Source: Actinomycetota bacterium
GTDB taxonomy: Bacteria > Actinomycetota > Actinomycetes > Nanopelagicales > Nanopelagicaceae
Assembly: GCA_009701575.1 (NCBI GenBank)
Contig: WLJX01000005.1
Location: 7,183-71,182 of the forward strand
Direction: 5' to 3'
Length of the DNA: 64,000 nucleotides
Shown here piece by piece: positions 46,783 to 57,739 of this stretch. Each line of letters opens with the position of its first letter. The first letter of the stretch is position 1. The notes beneath the pieces were generated by a model. The model worked only from the letters and a program-made list of their open reading frames with translations. It searched no databases and was not told the DNA's origin. Position numbers and translations under genes: made by a program.

Positions 46783-47459
46783 CGAAGATCCTCGTAGTCG
46801 AAGACGAAGCTTCATTCTCTGAAGCACTCGCTTATTTATTAGGCAAAGAGGGCTTTGAGGTAATTGTTGCTGACACTGGACCCGGGGCGATTGAACAATT
46901 TGATCGCCATGGTGCTGATTTAGTACTGCTTGATCTAATGCTCCCTGGTTTATCCGGAACCGAAGTTTGTCGCCAACTTAGAACTCGTTCGAATGTGCCA
47001 ATAATTATGTTGACTGCCAAGGATGCTGAAGTAGATAAAGTTGTTGGGCTAGAACTTGGCGCCGATGATTATGTTACAAAGCCATACTCTTCCCGTGAGC
47101 TAATCGCACGTGTTCGCGCAGTGCTTCGTCGTCAAGGTGAAGAAGATTCAGTTAAGGATGGAATTCTTGAAGCCGGTCCAGTTCGTATGGATGTGGAACG
47201 CCACAAGGTAAGTGTGAATGGCGACGACGTAGCATTTCCACTGAAAGAGTTTGAATTACTTGAATTCTTAGTTCGAAATTCTGGGCGCGTTTTAACTCGT
47301 TCGCAATTAATCGACCGAGTTTGGGGCAGCGATTACTTTGGTGATACTAAGACTTTAGATGTGCACGTAAAGCGGTTGCGGGCAAAGATCGAGGTTGATC
47401 CAGCCAATCCAGTATTTATTCAGACTGTACGTGGCTTAGGTTATAAGTTCGAAAACTAA
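46779..47459 (+). CDS. regX3: Response regulator RegX3/PhoP
   Basis: LLDLMLPG, DKVVGLELGADDYVTKPYS, PLKEFELL, GDTKTLDVHVKRLR. Confidence 0.92.
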   Translation: MTKILVVEDEASFSEALAYLLGKEGFEVIVADTGPGAIEQFDRHGADLVLLDLMLPGLSGTEVCRQLRTRSNVPIIMLTAKDAEVDKVVGLELGADDYVTKPYSSRELIARVRAVLRRQGEEDSVKDGILEAGPVRMDVERHKVSVNGDDVAFPLKEFELLEFLVRNSGRVLTRSQLIDRVWGSDYFGDTKTLDVHVKRLRAKIEVDPANPVFIQTVRGLGYKFEN

Positions 47460-47935
47460 TCTCCAACGCTTGCATATTCGTCAGCTTTCGCCCGAACAAT
47501 CGCACTTACTTTAATTGGGGCAGCATCTGCAAAAGAAATTTCTAATTCGACGTGATCACTTGGCTTGGCATTAAGTCCCTGGAATCTTGCAGATGAATTT
47601 GCAGAATCTCCTGCGAAAATTACTGGTGAATCAGTTTCAAGTGGTGTTACTGAAACTTCGCCAACTATTCCATTTGCAGTAATGCCTGTAATTGAATCAC
47701 TTGCTTCATCAGAATTAACAAGAGTTCCAACAAGTACTGCAGATCCATCGCCTTGAGTTACAAGCAAAACATTTACCGCTCTAATTCCACCTGATATTGC
47801 CTCTACGCCATCGGTCACTTGTCTTATGTTGCGAGTAGGAGCATCTGGACCGCTTGCACCACAGCCAGTTAAAACAACTACTAATAGGGCTCCAAAGAGG
47901 GCGGAAATGGCTGATTTCAGGTTTTTCTTAAGCAT
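47456..47935 (-). CDS. Lipoprotein (LpqE-like position, divergent from carD)
   Basis: Lipobox LTG-C after a hydrophobic segment. Confidence 0.7.
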   Translation of the reverse strand: MLKKNLKSAISALFGALLVVVLTGCGASGPDAPTRNIRQVTDGVEAISGGIRAVNVLLVTQGDGSAVLVGTLVNSDEASDSITGITANGIVGEVSVTPLETDSPVIFAGDSANSSARFQGLNAKPSDHVELEISFADAAPIKVSAIVRAKADEYASVGD

Positions 47936-47976
47936 GAGTGAATGGTATCCTTGGCTTCTATCGAAAGGCCAAATTA

Positions 47977-48459
47977 ATGACTTTTAAGGTCGGCGAAACC
48001 GTTGTTTATCCCCATCACGGGGCGGCTCTCATTGAAGCAATTGAGACCCGGACCATTAAAGGCGAAGAGAAAATTTATTTGGTTCTAAAAGTTGCCCAAG
48101 GCGACTTAACAGTTCGAGTCCCAGCAGAGAACATCGACCTAGTCGGCGTTCGTGACGTGGTCGACTCAGCCGGACTTGATCGAGTATTTAATGTTTTACG
48201 TCAGCCATACACCGAAGAGCCAACAAACTGGTCCCGTCGATACAAGGCAAACGTTGAGAAGCTTGCTTCAGGCGATGTAATCAAGGTTGCTGAAGTTGTT
48301 CGTGATCTTTATCGCCGCGATCTAGACCGCGGGCTATCTGCAGGCGAGAAGCGCATGCTCTCAAAGGCTAAGCAGATTTTGGTTTCAGAACTTGCACTTG
48401 CAGAGCGCACAGATGAAGAGAAGGCCGGCGTGATGCTAGATGAGGTCCTTGCTTCCTAA
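47977..48459 (+). CDS. carD: RNA polymerase-binding factor CarD
   Basis: [33 protein letters not shown]; GAAAGG RBS. Confidence 0.96.
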   Translation: MTFKVGETVVYPHHGAALIEAIETRTIKGEEKIYLVLKVAQGDLTVRVPAENIDLVGVRDVVDSAGLDRVFNVLRQPYTEEPTNWSRRYKANVEKLASGDVIKVAEVVRDLYRRDLDRGLSAGEKRMLSKAKQILVSELALAERTDEEKAGVMLDEVLAS

Positions 48460-49597
48460 AGTCGCACTACTCATTCCCGCTGCTGGCAGTGGTGAAAGAT
48501 TCGGCGCACAAGTTCCTAAGGCACTTGTCCAATTAAACGGTCGCACCCTTATCGAACATGCAGTATTAAATCTTGGCGCAACTGCGACTCAAATCATTGT
48601 TGCGGCACCTGCTGGTTATGAAGAGAACTTCCGTAAAATCCTTGGCGACGCTGTAACTGTTGTTACAGGTGGAGATACTCGAACCAAGAGCGTAAAGATT
48701 GCACTTGAAAGCGTTGATTCTGATATTGAGTTTGTTTTAGTTCATGATGCCGCAAGACCACTCGCATCTGCCGAACTTGGGAAGAGCGTTATTGAAGCGC
48801 TCGCAAGTGGTGATGTAGCAGTTATCCCCGCGCTAAATGTTTCGGACACAATTAAAGAAGTTGATGCATCGAACTATGTTGTTGCAACCCCAAATCGAGA
48901 ACGCCTTCGTGCAGTACAAACACCACAGGGATTTGCGCGCGAAACTTTGTTTAAAGCCCATATGCAAAATATCGAGGCGACTGATGACGGCGCTTTAGTT
49001 GAAGCGATGCGCGGAAAAGTTAAGTTAATCGCTGGTGAAGTGCGCGCTCTTAAAATTACTAACCCAGAAGATCTAGCAACTGCGATGAAATATTTAGTGC
49101 CAGACCAAGCCAGTGATATTCGTACCGGCGTTGGCGTTGATGCACATGCGTTTTCAAGTGATCCAAAGCGTCCGTTGTGGCTTGCGGGATTGCTTTGGGA
49201 GAATGAAATTGGTGTTGATGGACATTCAGATGGCGATGTTGCTGCACATGCAATTTGTGATGCGTTATTTGCGGCGGCAAATATCGGTGACTTGGGTTCT
49301 AACTTTGGAACTTCGAAACCAGAATATGCAGGTGCTTCTGGTGCAAAGTTATTAAGTGAGACTCTTAATTTAGTGAGTGCTGCTGGATTTAAAATTCAAA
49401 ACGTTACAGTCCAAATTGTTGGTAACCGACCAAAAATTGGCGCTCGACGTTTGGATGCAATTACCGAAATTTCACGTGCCTTAGGCGGCGCTCAAGTTTC
49501 AGTTTCTGCAACTACAACCGATGGCCTTGGGTTAACCGGCGAAGGCAAAGGAATCGGCGCAATCGCGACGGCTCTTTTAGTTCGAGACGGAAGATAG
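48440..49597 (+). CDS. ispDF: Bifunctional IspD/IspF (MEP pathway)
   Basis: [29 protein letters not shown], then [30 protein letters not shown]. Confidence 0.92.
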   Translation: MRSLLPKVALLIPAAGSGERFGAQVPKALVQLNGRTLIEHAVLNLGATATQIIVAAPAGYEENFRKILGDAVTVVTGGDTRTKSVKIALESVDSDIEFVLVHDAARPLASAELGKSVIEALASGDVAVIPALNVSDTIKEVDASNYVVATPNRERLRAVQTPQGFARETLFKAHMQNIEATDDGALVEAMRGKVKLIAGEVRALKITNPEDLATAMKYLVPDQASDIRTGVGVDAHAFSSDPKRPLWLAGLLWENEIGVDGHSDGDVAAHAICDALFAAANIGDLGSNFGTSKPEYAGASGAKLLSETLNLVSAAGFKIQNVTVQIVGNRPKIGARRLDAITEISRALGGAQVSVSATTTDGLGLTGEGKGIGAIATALLVRDGR

Positions 49598-49606
49598 AAT
49601 TTCCTA

Positions 49607-51004
49607 ATGGCCAAGATATCTAGTGACCTAAATCTGTATAACACTGCAGATCGAGCGGTCTCGAAATTTGTGCCGCTAGAACCAGGCAAAGTTGGAATCT
49701 ATTTGTGTGGTGCAACTGTGCAAGCCCCACCACATATCGGCCATATTCGCTCCGGTGTCAACTTCGATATTTTGCGCAGATGGCTTACTTCAATTGGATA
49801 TGACGTAACTTTTGTCAGAAACGTAACTGATATAGATGACAAGATTTTGCACAAAGCCGTTCACGAAGAGATTCCTTGGTGGGCAGTTGCTATGAAATAC
49901 GAACGTGCATTTAGCGACGCTTATGCCGCGTTAAATGTTCTGCCACCAACATATGAACCAAGAGCTACTGGGCATATCACTCAGATGATTCAACTTATGG
50001 AAACTTTGATCGCTAATGGCAGTGCATATGCACCCGGTAATGGCGATGTTTATCTTGAAGTTCGTAAACTTAAATCTTATTTAACGCTTTCAAATCAGAA
50101 GCTAGATGATCTCCAATCTGCCGAAGATGCTGATTTAACTTTCAAGAAAGATCCACGCGACTTTGCGCTTTGGAAGGCTGCTAAAGCAGGAGATCCATCA
50201 TGGCCAACACCTTGGGGAGATGGCCGACCTGGTTGGCACTTGGAATGTTCTGCGATGGCACATGCTTATTTAGGTGAAGAATTTGATATCCATGGCGGCG
50301 GCTTAGATTTAATTTTTCCGCATCATGAAAATGAGATTGCACAATCAGAATCAGCGGGCTGGAGTTTTGCAAATATTTGGATGCATAACGCTTGGGTTAC
50401 AACATCTGGCGAGAAGATGAGTAAGTCACTTGGTAATTCACTTCAAGTAATGGAGATTTTAAAGAAGGTTCGCGGAATTGAGTTACGTTGGTATTTAGGC
50501 AGCGCTCATTACCGTTCGATGTTGGAGTTCTCCTTCGAAGCGCTTGAAGAATCATCTGTAAATTTCCGTCGTATTGAAGGCTTTTTGCAACGTGCGCAAG
50601 AGCTTCTAAAGAGCGAGATCAAACCTAGTATTTCCGCTGAATTTAGCGCTGCAATGAATAATGATTTAGCGGTCCCCCAAGCACTTGCTGATATTTCTGA
50701 AGCAGTACGTCTCGGCAATAGCGCAATAACTGAGAACGATTTAACGGCGCTAGCAAAGAGTGCAAGTGAAGTTCGCGGCGCGCTTTCAATCCTTGGCTGC
50801 GATCCATTCGATCCAATATTTGCAAGTGGAACAAGTGCGAAAAAAGATTTGCTCGATGGACTTATCTCCCTCGCGCTAGAACAACGTACGGCGGCACGCG
50901 CACGCAAAGATTTTGCAGCAAGTGATGAAATTCGCGATTCACTTACCGTACTTGGCATAACAATCGAAGATACCCCAACCGGCTCGCGCTGGACCGTGAA
51001 CTAA
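49607..51004 (+). CDS. cysS: Cysteine--tRNA ligase
   Basis: CGATV, HIGH, GRPGWHLECSAM, HGGGLDLIFPHHENE, KMSKS. Confidence 0.97.
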   Translation: MAKISSDLNLYNTADRAVSKFVPLEPGKVGIYLCGATVQAPPHIGHIRSGVNFDILRRWLTSIGYDVTFVRNVTDIDDKILHKAVHEEIPWWAVAMKYERAFSDAYAALNVLPPTYEPRATGHITQMIQLMETLIANGSAYAPGNGDVYLEVRKLKSYLTLSNQKLDDLQSAEDADLTFKKDPRDFALWKAAKAGDPSWPTPWGDGRPGWHLECSAMAHAYLGEEFDIHGGGLDLIFPHHENEIAQSESAGWSFANIWMHNAWVTTSGEKMSKSLGNSLQVMEILKKVRGIELRWYLGSAHYRSMLEFSFEALEESSVNFRRIEGFLQRAQELLKSEIKPSISAEFSAAMNNDLAVPQALADISEAVRLGNSAITENDLTALAKSASEVRGALSILGCDPFDPIFASGTSAKKDLLDGLISLALEQRTAARARKDFAASDEIRDSLTVLGITIEDTPTGSRWTVN

Positions 51005-51025
51005 AACTAGAGAATCGAAAAGTAA

Positions 51026-51850
51026 ATGCGCCCCGGAAAAAAACGTCGTGAAGCTGCTGCAGCACCAGATCGCAGACCAACAAATCGCAAACCAGAGTCC
51101 CGACTTGAAACTCGCGCAAATAGCGATGCAGTCGCTGGTCGCAATAGCGTTGTCGAAGCGTTGCGTGCACGTATTCCTGCGAAAGAACTTTTAATCGCAG
51201 AACGTGCTGAAATAGATGAGCGCATGACTGAGGCACTTCGCTTAGCAAAGAATCAGGATTTAGGAATTAAAGAAGTTCCACGTGGACAATTAGATGGCGT
51301 TACTGGAACAACAAATCATCAAGGTATTGCTTTAATCATCAAGCCCTTCCAATACAAGGCGCTAGAAGCAGTTCTACTTGGCGCAAAAAAGCCAGGTTTA
51401 ATAATCGGACTCGATGGCGTAACCGATCCACATAATTTGGGTGCAATTGTTCGAAGTGCTGCGGCATTTGGTGCTGATGGTGTTGTAATTCCAGAACGTC
51501 GCAATGCCGCAATGACTGGTTCGGCTTGGAAATCTTCAGCTGGAGCGGCTGCACGTCTTCCAATTTCACAAGTGACAAATATGGTTCGCTCAATCGAGGA
51601 TGCGAAAAAGGCAGGCTTTTTCGTTGTAGGGCTAGATGCCGAAGGCCAAGAGGCGCTACCTGGATTCTCACTTGCAACCGAATCTGTTTACTTAATTGTT
51701 GGCAGCGAAGGCAAAGGGTTATCAAGACTTGTTAAAGAGAAGTGCGATTTAATTCTTTCGATTCCAATGCAATCAGATGTTGAATCACTAAATGCGAGCG
51801 TTGCAACCGCAATTGTTATGTATTGGATTGCCGAGAAGCGAGCAAAATAA
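51026..51850 (+). CDS. rlmB: 23S rRNA (G2251-2'-O)-methyltransferase
   Basis: GRNSVVEAL, HQG, DPHNLGA, GSEGKG, ESLNASVA. Confidence 0.93.
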   Translation: MRPGKKRREAAAAPDRRPTNRKPESRLETRANSDAVAGRNSVVEALRARIPAKELLIAERAEIDERMTEALRLAKNQDLGIKEVPRGQLDGVTGTTNHQGIALIIKPFQYKALEAVLLGAKKPGLIIGLDGVTDPHNLGAIVRSAAAFGADGVVIPERRNAAMTGSAWKSSAGAAARLPISQVTNMVRSIEDAKKAGFFVVGLDAEGQEALPGFSLATESVYLIVGSEGKGLSRLVKEKCDLILSIPMQSDVESLNASVATAIVMYWIAEKRAK

Positions 51851-51852
51851 CG

Positions 51853-52632
51853 ATGGCAACTTTCACACGTTTTATTGCACTTGGTGATTCAATGACCGAG
51901 GGCATGTGTGATGAAATTGTGGATGGCAAGTATCGTGGCTGGGCTGATCGAGTCGCCGATACATTGGCGACGGAGAACCCAAATTTCACCTATGCAAATT
52001 TGGCTATACGTGGAAAGTTGTTGCATCAAGTTATTGATGACCAAATTCCTTCAGCCACAAAGTTAGTTACCGGACCAGAAACTTTAATTTCCTTTCATGC
52101 CGGGGCGAATGATGTGCTTCGTCCAAGTTACCAAGCAGAAGCCGCCTTTGCTAAATATGAAAAGGGAGTCAGCGATTTAACTAAGACTGGGGCCACGCTA
52201 ATTGTTTTCACTGTTATCGATCGAGTTGAAGGCGAAGGTAAGACCGCAAAGTTGTGGCACGAGCGCTTTAGTGCATTCAATGTAAATGTTCGAGAGGTCG
52301 CCAATAAATATGGCGCAACAATTATTGAAGCCGATGGTGCAAAGTGGATGGCAGATTTAAGATTTCTCGCATCTGATCGTTTGCATTTAAATAGCGATGG
52401 CCATTGGCGTTTGTCGCAAGCAGTTTTAGAGAAACTTGGTAGAAGTTTTGATTCAACATGGAAAATTCCGCTGCCACCTGCAGCAGAAAAATCTAAAGCA
52501 CGTAAAAGCGCTGAAAAGACGCTCTGGATTATCGCTTTTGTCCTTCCATGGATCTGGCGACGTCTGCGCGGAAAATCTTCTGGTGATGGTAGAAGCGCAA
52601 AGTATGAAACACCAATTACCTGGAATCGTTAG
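51853..52632 (+). CDS. SGNH/GDSL hydrolase
   Basis: GDSMTEG, NLAIRG, AGAND, DRLH. Confidence 0.88.
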   Translation: MATFTRFIALGDSMTEGMCDEIVDGKYRGWADRVADTLATENPNFTYANLAIRGKLLHQVIDDQIPSATKLVTGPETLISFHAGANDVLRPSYQAEAAFAKYEKGVSDLTKTGATLIVFTVIDRVEGEGKTAKLWHERFSAFNVNVREVANKYGATIIEADGAKWMADLRFLASDRLHLNSDGHWRLSQAVLEKLGRSFDSTWKIPLPPAAEKSKARKSAEKTLWIIAFVLPWIWRRLRGKSSGDGRSAKYETPITWNR

Positions 52633-52635
52633 TAA

Positions 52636-53655
52636 TTAACGGCTTTCTGGCGCCAAAATCTGCTGCAACATATCAATATTTTCAACACAACGGCCAGCGC
52701 CAATAACAACTGAGTAGAGCGGGTCATCTGCAACTCGAACCGGCATTCCTGTCTCTTTTATTAAGCGCTCAGTAAGTCCTTTAAGTAGCGCCCCACCGCC
52801 AGCCAGAACAATTCCTGTGCGAGACAAATCTGCAACGAGATCTGGTGGAGTTTCATCGAGAGTTGCCTTAATTGCACTGACTATTTTGGCGACCTGGTCA
52901 TCAATCGCTTCACGTATCTCTTTTGGTGTAACCATTAAATCTTTAGGCAGACCAGAGACTAAATCTCGGCCACGAATTCGAGCGTCGCTCTCACCATTCA
53001 AACGAGCTGCCGATCCGATAGACATCTTTACCTCTTCGGCGGTGCGCTCACCAATCATTAAGTTATAAGTATTTTTTATGTAATTAATAATTGCAGCATC
53101 AATAGCATCGCCGCCAACACGAATCGATCGTGATGTAACAATTCCGCCAAGTGAGATCACTGCAACATCAGTAGTGCCGCCACCGATATCTACAATCATT
53201 GAACCAATCGGTTCTTGAATCGGAAGCCCGGCGCCAATTGCCGCTGCCATTGGTTCCTCCATTATGTAAACTTTTTTTGCACCCGCTGCGTATGCCGCAT
53301 CTTTAATCGCTCTATGTTCTACCGATGTAACTACTGGTGGAACTGCAACTACAACAATTGGTTTAGCTAATAATTTTCGTACTCCGACCATTGCCATAAA
53401 CATACGCAACATTTTCTGCGCTGTTTCAAAGTCAGCAACGACACCATCTTTAAGTGGTTTAATTGAAACTATATGTCCAGGAGTTCGGCCGACCATTTTT
53501 CTTGCTTCTTGCCCAACAGAAAGAATTTCCCCGGTATCAGTGTTAATGCAAACAACGCTTGGTTCATTTAAAACAATTCCACCATTTGATTGGTAGATAA
53601 CCGTGTTTGCTGTTCCTATGTCAATGGCGAGGTTGCGGCCAAATGGACTTCGCAT
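52636..53655 (-). CDS. mreB: Rod-shape actin MreB/Mbl
   Basis: IDIGTANT, EPSVV, PLKDGVVADF, EEPMAAAIGAG, DIGGGTT, LAGGGALL. Confidence 0.92.
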   Translation of the reverse strand: MRSPFGRNLAIDIGTANTVIYQSNGGIVLNEPSVVCINTDTGEILSVGQEARKMVGRTPGHIVSIKPLKDGVVADFETAQKMLRMFMAMVGVRKLLAKPIVVVAVPPVVTSVEHRAIKDAAYAAGAKKVYIMEEPMAAAIGAGLPIQEPIGSMIVDIGGGTTDVAVISLGGIVTSRSIRVGGDAIDAAIINYIKNTYNLMIGERTAEEVKMSIGSAARLNGESDARIRGRDLVSGLPKDLMVTPKEIREAIDDQVAKIVSAIKATLDETPPDLVADLSRTGIVLAGGGALLKGLTERLIKETGMPVRVADDPLYSVVIGAGRCVENIDMLQQILAPESR

Positions 53656-53827
53656 TTATCGACCTCGCCATCAACTGCGTATCTAGGGGAGTTCGACTTT
53701 AGACCTGTGGGATATCTGAGCGATAGAGATGTTTGGGTGAATTTCGGGGTGGCTTTAAGTGCGATGTTTTGTGCGGTGATTACCTCCCAGTTACCGCCCG
53801 TTCATCTAACTAGAGGAGAATATTCAA

Positions 53828-55921
53828 ATGACTTCCCACGAACACGGCATCTCCGTGAGCGATCCCAGAGAGATTTTGGTTGATCGCGAATTAAGTTGGC
53901 TGGCTTTTAATCAGCGAGTGCTCGAATTGGCCGAAGACAAAACAACTCCACTACTAGAACGTTGTCGTTTCTTAGCAATTTTCTCTTCCAACCTCGATGA
54001 CTTTTACATGATTCGCGTTGCATCGCTTAAGCGAAAATTAGAGACTGGGCTTACCAAGACAAACACTGCCGGATTTACACCAAGTGAATTAATGAAAGAG
54101 TTATCTGCCAAGACTCAAGAGTTAATTGATCGAAAGACGAAATGTTTCCATGATGACGTTCACTTAAGGCTCTCTAAAGAGGGTGTCAATATTGTTAAGT
54201 GGGATGAATTAACAAAAGAAGAGCGCGAACTCGCCACCGATATTTTCAATAATCAAATCTTTCCGGTATTAACTCCACTTGCGATTGATCCATCACATCC
54301 CTTTCCATATATTTCAGGGCTCTCATTAAATCTTGCTGTCGTAGTAAAGAATCCAGATTCTGGAATGGAGCTCTTCGCTCGAGTAAAAGTTCCATCAAAT
54401 TTGCCACGCTTTGTTGTAACGACAAAAGGCGACGATCGTAGATACATTCCACTGGAGCAAGTAATAACAGCGAATGTTTCTGAATTATTTCCAGGCATGG
54501 AAGTCGTAAATGTTTACACTTTTAGAGTTACCAGAAATGCGGATTTAGAACTTGAAGAGGAAGAATCTGAAGATTTGCTGGCAAGTATGGAACAAGAGTT
54601 ATTGCGCAGAAAATTTGGTCCCCCCGTTCGTTTGGAAATTGGCGAAGGTATGGATCCTGAATTGTTAGAGACACTCAAAGATGAGCTAAGTGTCAAAGAT
54701 GAAGATATAAGTAGATATCCAGAACCTTTAGATTTAACTGGCCTTAATCAGATTGCAGATATTGATCGCCCCGATTTGAAATTTCCAGCTTTTAGAAATC
54801 AAGTTGCTTGGGATCTGCGCGATGTTGAACCAGATTCAACTGAAGCTTTCTTTGAAGCCTTAAAGCGTCGTGAAGTTATTCTGCACCACCCATATGAGTC
54901 ATTTAACTCATCAGTTGTTCGCTTTGTTGAGTCGGCTGCGAGTGATCCTAAAGTTTTGGCGATTAAACAGACTCTGTATCGAACTTCCGGTGATTCACCA
55001 ATTGTTGAAGCGCTAATTGAAGCGGCCGAAGCAGGTAAGCAAGTTCTTGCAGTAATTGAGATTCGGGCCCGCTTTGATGAGCTAGCAAATGTGCGTTGGG
55101 CTAGAAAATTGGAAGATGCAGGAGTACATGTTGTCTACGGTCTCGTTGGTTTTAAAACTCATGCCAAACTCTCACTTGTAGTACGTCAAGAGTCAGGTGC
55201 CATCCGTCGCTATGTTCATATGGGAACTGGAAACTACAACCCTAAGACCGCTCGCATGTATGAAGACTTTGGAATTTTAAGTTCTGATCCAGTCTTGGGT
55301 GATGATGTAAATAAACTCTTCAATCAACTCTCGGGCTTTGCCCCGCAAACTTCATTTGAAAGGTTGCTCGTAGCTCCACGTACTCTGCGAAGCGGATTGC
55401 TAGAGCGAATTCAACGAGAGATTGATAATAAAAAAGCAGGAAAGCCTGCGTTAATTCGAATGAAGCTGAATTCAATTATGGATGAAGAATTTATTGATTT
55501 ACTTTATAAAGCATCGGCCGCTGGAGTAGAAGTTGAATTAGTGGTGCGTGGTATTTGTGCAATTCGTGCTGGTGTTCCTGGGCTGTCTGAGAATATTCGA
55601 GTTATCTCTATCTTGGGTCGCTTCCTAGAACATTCAAGAATTTTTCACTTCGCTAATGGTGGCGAAAATGAACTCTGGATTGGCAGTGCAGATTTAATGC
55701 ACCGAAATTTGGATCGTCGCGTAGAAAGCATGGTCAGAATTAATCAGACAGATCATAAGCGAATACTTATGCGCGCACTGGATAGTTACCTTGCACCAAC
55801 CACATCGAGCTGGCACATGAACGCTTCTGGAAGTTGGGATCGGATCACAACAAGTTCAACCGGGGAACAATTAGTTGATCTGCATCAGCAAGTCATTAAT
55901 TGGTATGGAGCTAGGGGATGA
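53828..55921 (+). CDS. ppk1: Polyphosphate kinase 1
   Basis: RELSWLAFN, LTPLAIDPSHPFP, HHPYESF, KTHAK, GTGNYN, GRFLEH, RNLDRRVE. Confidence 0.96.
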   Translation: MTSHEHGISVSDPREILVDRELSWLAFNQRVLELAEDKTTPLLERCRFLAIFSSNLDDFYMIRVASLKRKLETGLTKTNTAGFTPSELMKELSAKTQELIDRKTKCFHDDVHLRLSKEGVNIVKWDELTKEERELATDIFNNQIFPVLTPLAIDPSHPFPYISGLSLNLAVVVKNPDSGMELFARVKVPSNLPRFVVTTKGDDRRYIPLEQVITANVSELFPGMEVVNVYTFRVTRNADLELEEEESEDLLASMEQELLRRKFGPPVRLEIGEGMDPELLETLKDELSVKDEDISRYPEPLDLTGLNQIADIDRPDLKFPAFRNQVAWDLRDVEPDSTEAFFEALKRREVILHHPYESFNSSVVRFVESAASDPKVLAIKQTLYRTSGDSPIVEALIEAAEAGKQVLAVIEIRARFDELANVRWARKLEDAGVHVVYGLVGFKTHAKLSLVVRQESGAIRRYVHMGTGNYNPKTARMYEDFGILSSDPVLGDDVNKLFNQLSGFAPQTSFERLLVAPRTLRSGLLERIQREIDNKKAGKPALIRMKLNSIMDEEFIDLLYKASAAGVEVELVVRGICAIRAGVPGLSENIRVISILGRFLEHSRIFHFANGGENELWIGSADLMHRNLDRRVESMVRINQTDHKRILMRALDSYLAPTTSSWHMNASGSWDRITTSSTGEQLVDLHQQVINWYGARG

Positions 55922-56820
55922 CCGAGATGATTCTTGCTGCCGGTGGTGTTGTTTGGCGTGAAGGCAAAAGCTCAAAGATTGAGTTAGCAATTATTCACAG
56001 ACCAAAGTATGACGACTGGTCATTTCCAAAAGGAAAATTAGATACTGGCGAAGAACTTATCTCCTGTGCTTATCGCGAAATTATGGAAGAAACCGGTCTA
56101 AATATTGAACTCGGCCCCTTCCTTGGCGAAATTGAATACGAATCAATTGATGGACCAAAGCACGTTTCTTACTGGGCTGCTGAAGTACTTCCTGACAGCA
56201 ATGAATTCCATGCAAATGGTGAAGCAGATTTACTCGAATGGCACGATATTGATTCTGCACGGAAGAAATTGACTCGCGATACAGATAGAGAAATCTTAGA
56301 TATCTTTAGCGATTCGCCATTTCAGGCTCCAAAGTTAATTATGTTGCGCCATGCTAAAGCACTTGCTCGTAGTGAATGGCAGAGCGGGGATGAAGATCGA
56401 CCACTAGATAATTTGGGACAGCTCCAAGCAAAGCGCATGCATGCGGTGTATCAAGTCTTTGGAATTTCACAGATTCACACATCAGATGCCGTTCGTTGCT
56501 ATGACACCGTTATTGGAATGACTAAGACGTTAAAAATCGAACCAATAATTACCGCAAAACTTAGTGAGTATACCTTTGAAAAAAATAAGGATAAGTCACT
56601 AGATTATGGGAAAGAACTTGCTGAATTAGCTAGAACTACCGGTGAGACGATTCTGCTCTGCAGCCATAATCCAGTGCTACCTAGGATGTTAGAACAAGTA
56701 AGTAAGAAATCAGATTTAGATTTGCCAGAGAATAAGTTAAAGCCTGGTGATGCTTGGGTAGTTTTTCTGGGCAAGAAGAAGGTCTTACAGATTGATGTTA
56801 TTCCGGCGCCAACTGTTTGA
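55918..56820 (+). CDS. NUDIX hydrolase fused to a histidine-phosphatase domain (MutT1-like)
   Basis: HRPKYDDWSFPKGK, REIMEETG Nudix box, RHAKA, RPL. Confidence 0.88.
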   Translation: MTEMILAAGGVVWREGKSSKIELAIIHRPKYDDWSFPKGKLDTGEELISCAYREIMEETGLNIELGPFLGEIEYESIDGPKHVSYWAAEVLPDSNEFHANGEADLLEWHDIDSARKKLTRDTDREILDIFSDSPFQAPKLIMLRHAKALARSEWQSGDEDRPLDNLGQLQAKRMHAVYQVFGISQIHTSDAVRCYDTVIGMTKTLKIEPIITAKLSEYTFEKNKDKSLDYGKELAELARTTGETILLCSHNPVLPRMLEQVSKKSDLDLPENKLKPGDAWVVFLGKKKVLQIDVIPAPTV

Positions 56821-56821
56821 T

Positions 56822-57739
56822 TTAGTGCTCAGTCCAGTCCATATATTTAAGAACAATGCCTTCACGAAGCGCCCAAGGGCAAATTTCTAATTTATCTAAA
56901 TCTAAATTTCGCATGACACTTTCAGTTACAAGCGCTCCAGCTACTATTTGACGGGCGCGGTTTGCAGAGACTCCTGGCAATTTTGTGCGCTCATCAGAAT
57001 CCATTTCTGCTAAGCGAGTAGAGATTTTACGAATCGCGTCGATAGTTATCAGTTTTCCATTGCCGCCATACCAATCACCACAAAGTCTGGCCAAGGTTCG
57101 AAGCGTTTTACTTGTTGCAATTGCCCGATCGGAAGATTCATGGTGAACTAAAGTCGGAAGCACAGATTCCAATTGCCCTTCGATGTAATCGCGTAATGAA
57201 CGAACACTTTTTGGGGTAAACGGATCACCTTGTAGATGGCTCTTAGTTAAACGCGATGCACCAAGTGGAAGTGTTACTGCTACTTCAGGAGATTCATTAA
57301 TCCCTGATGCGATTTCAAGTGAGCCGCCACCAATATCAATTACTAATAAGCGACCACTCGACCAACCAAACCATCTGCGCGCTGCAAGAAAAGTTAACTT
57401 TGCTTCCTCTTCGCCAGTTAAAACTTGAAGATCAATCTCAAAATCCTTATTGATTGCGGCAATAATTTCGCCACCATTGCTTGCTTCGCGAAGCGCCGAT
57501 GTAGCGAATGGAAGTAGCTCCTCAGTCTTTGCTTTCTTTGAATGCTCAATTGCTGTCTTGATTGTTGAACGCAGCGCTGTGATTCCCTCAAGTGAAATAT
57601 TGTTCTCGTCATCCAAGTATTCGGTTAAGCGGAGCTCTTCCTTGTGGTTGTAAGTTGGATTCGGTCTGGCTCCAGGATGTGTATCAACTACCTGTAAATG
57701 CACCGTATTTGATCCGACATCCAAGACTCCGAGGCGCAT
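56822..57739 (-). CDS. ppx: Ppx/GppA exopolyphosphatase
   Basis: LDVGSNTVHL, ATSALREA, EEA, DIGGGSLE, WALREG. Confidence 0.9.
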   Translation of the reverse strand: MRLGVLDVGSNTVHLQVVDTHPGARPNPTYNHKEELRLTEYLDDENNISLEGITALRSTIKTAIEHSKKAKTEELLPFATSALREASNGGEIIAAINKDFEIDLQVLTGEEEAKLTFLAARRWFGWSSGRLLVIDIGGGSLEIASGINESPEVAVTLPLGASRLTKSHLQGDPFTPKSVRSLRDYIEGQLESVLPTLVHHESSDRAIATSKTLRTLARLCGDWYGGNGKLITIDAIRKISTRLAEMDSDERTKLPGVSANRARQIVAGALVTESVMRNLDLDKLEICPWALREGIVLKYMDWTEH

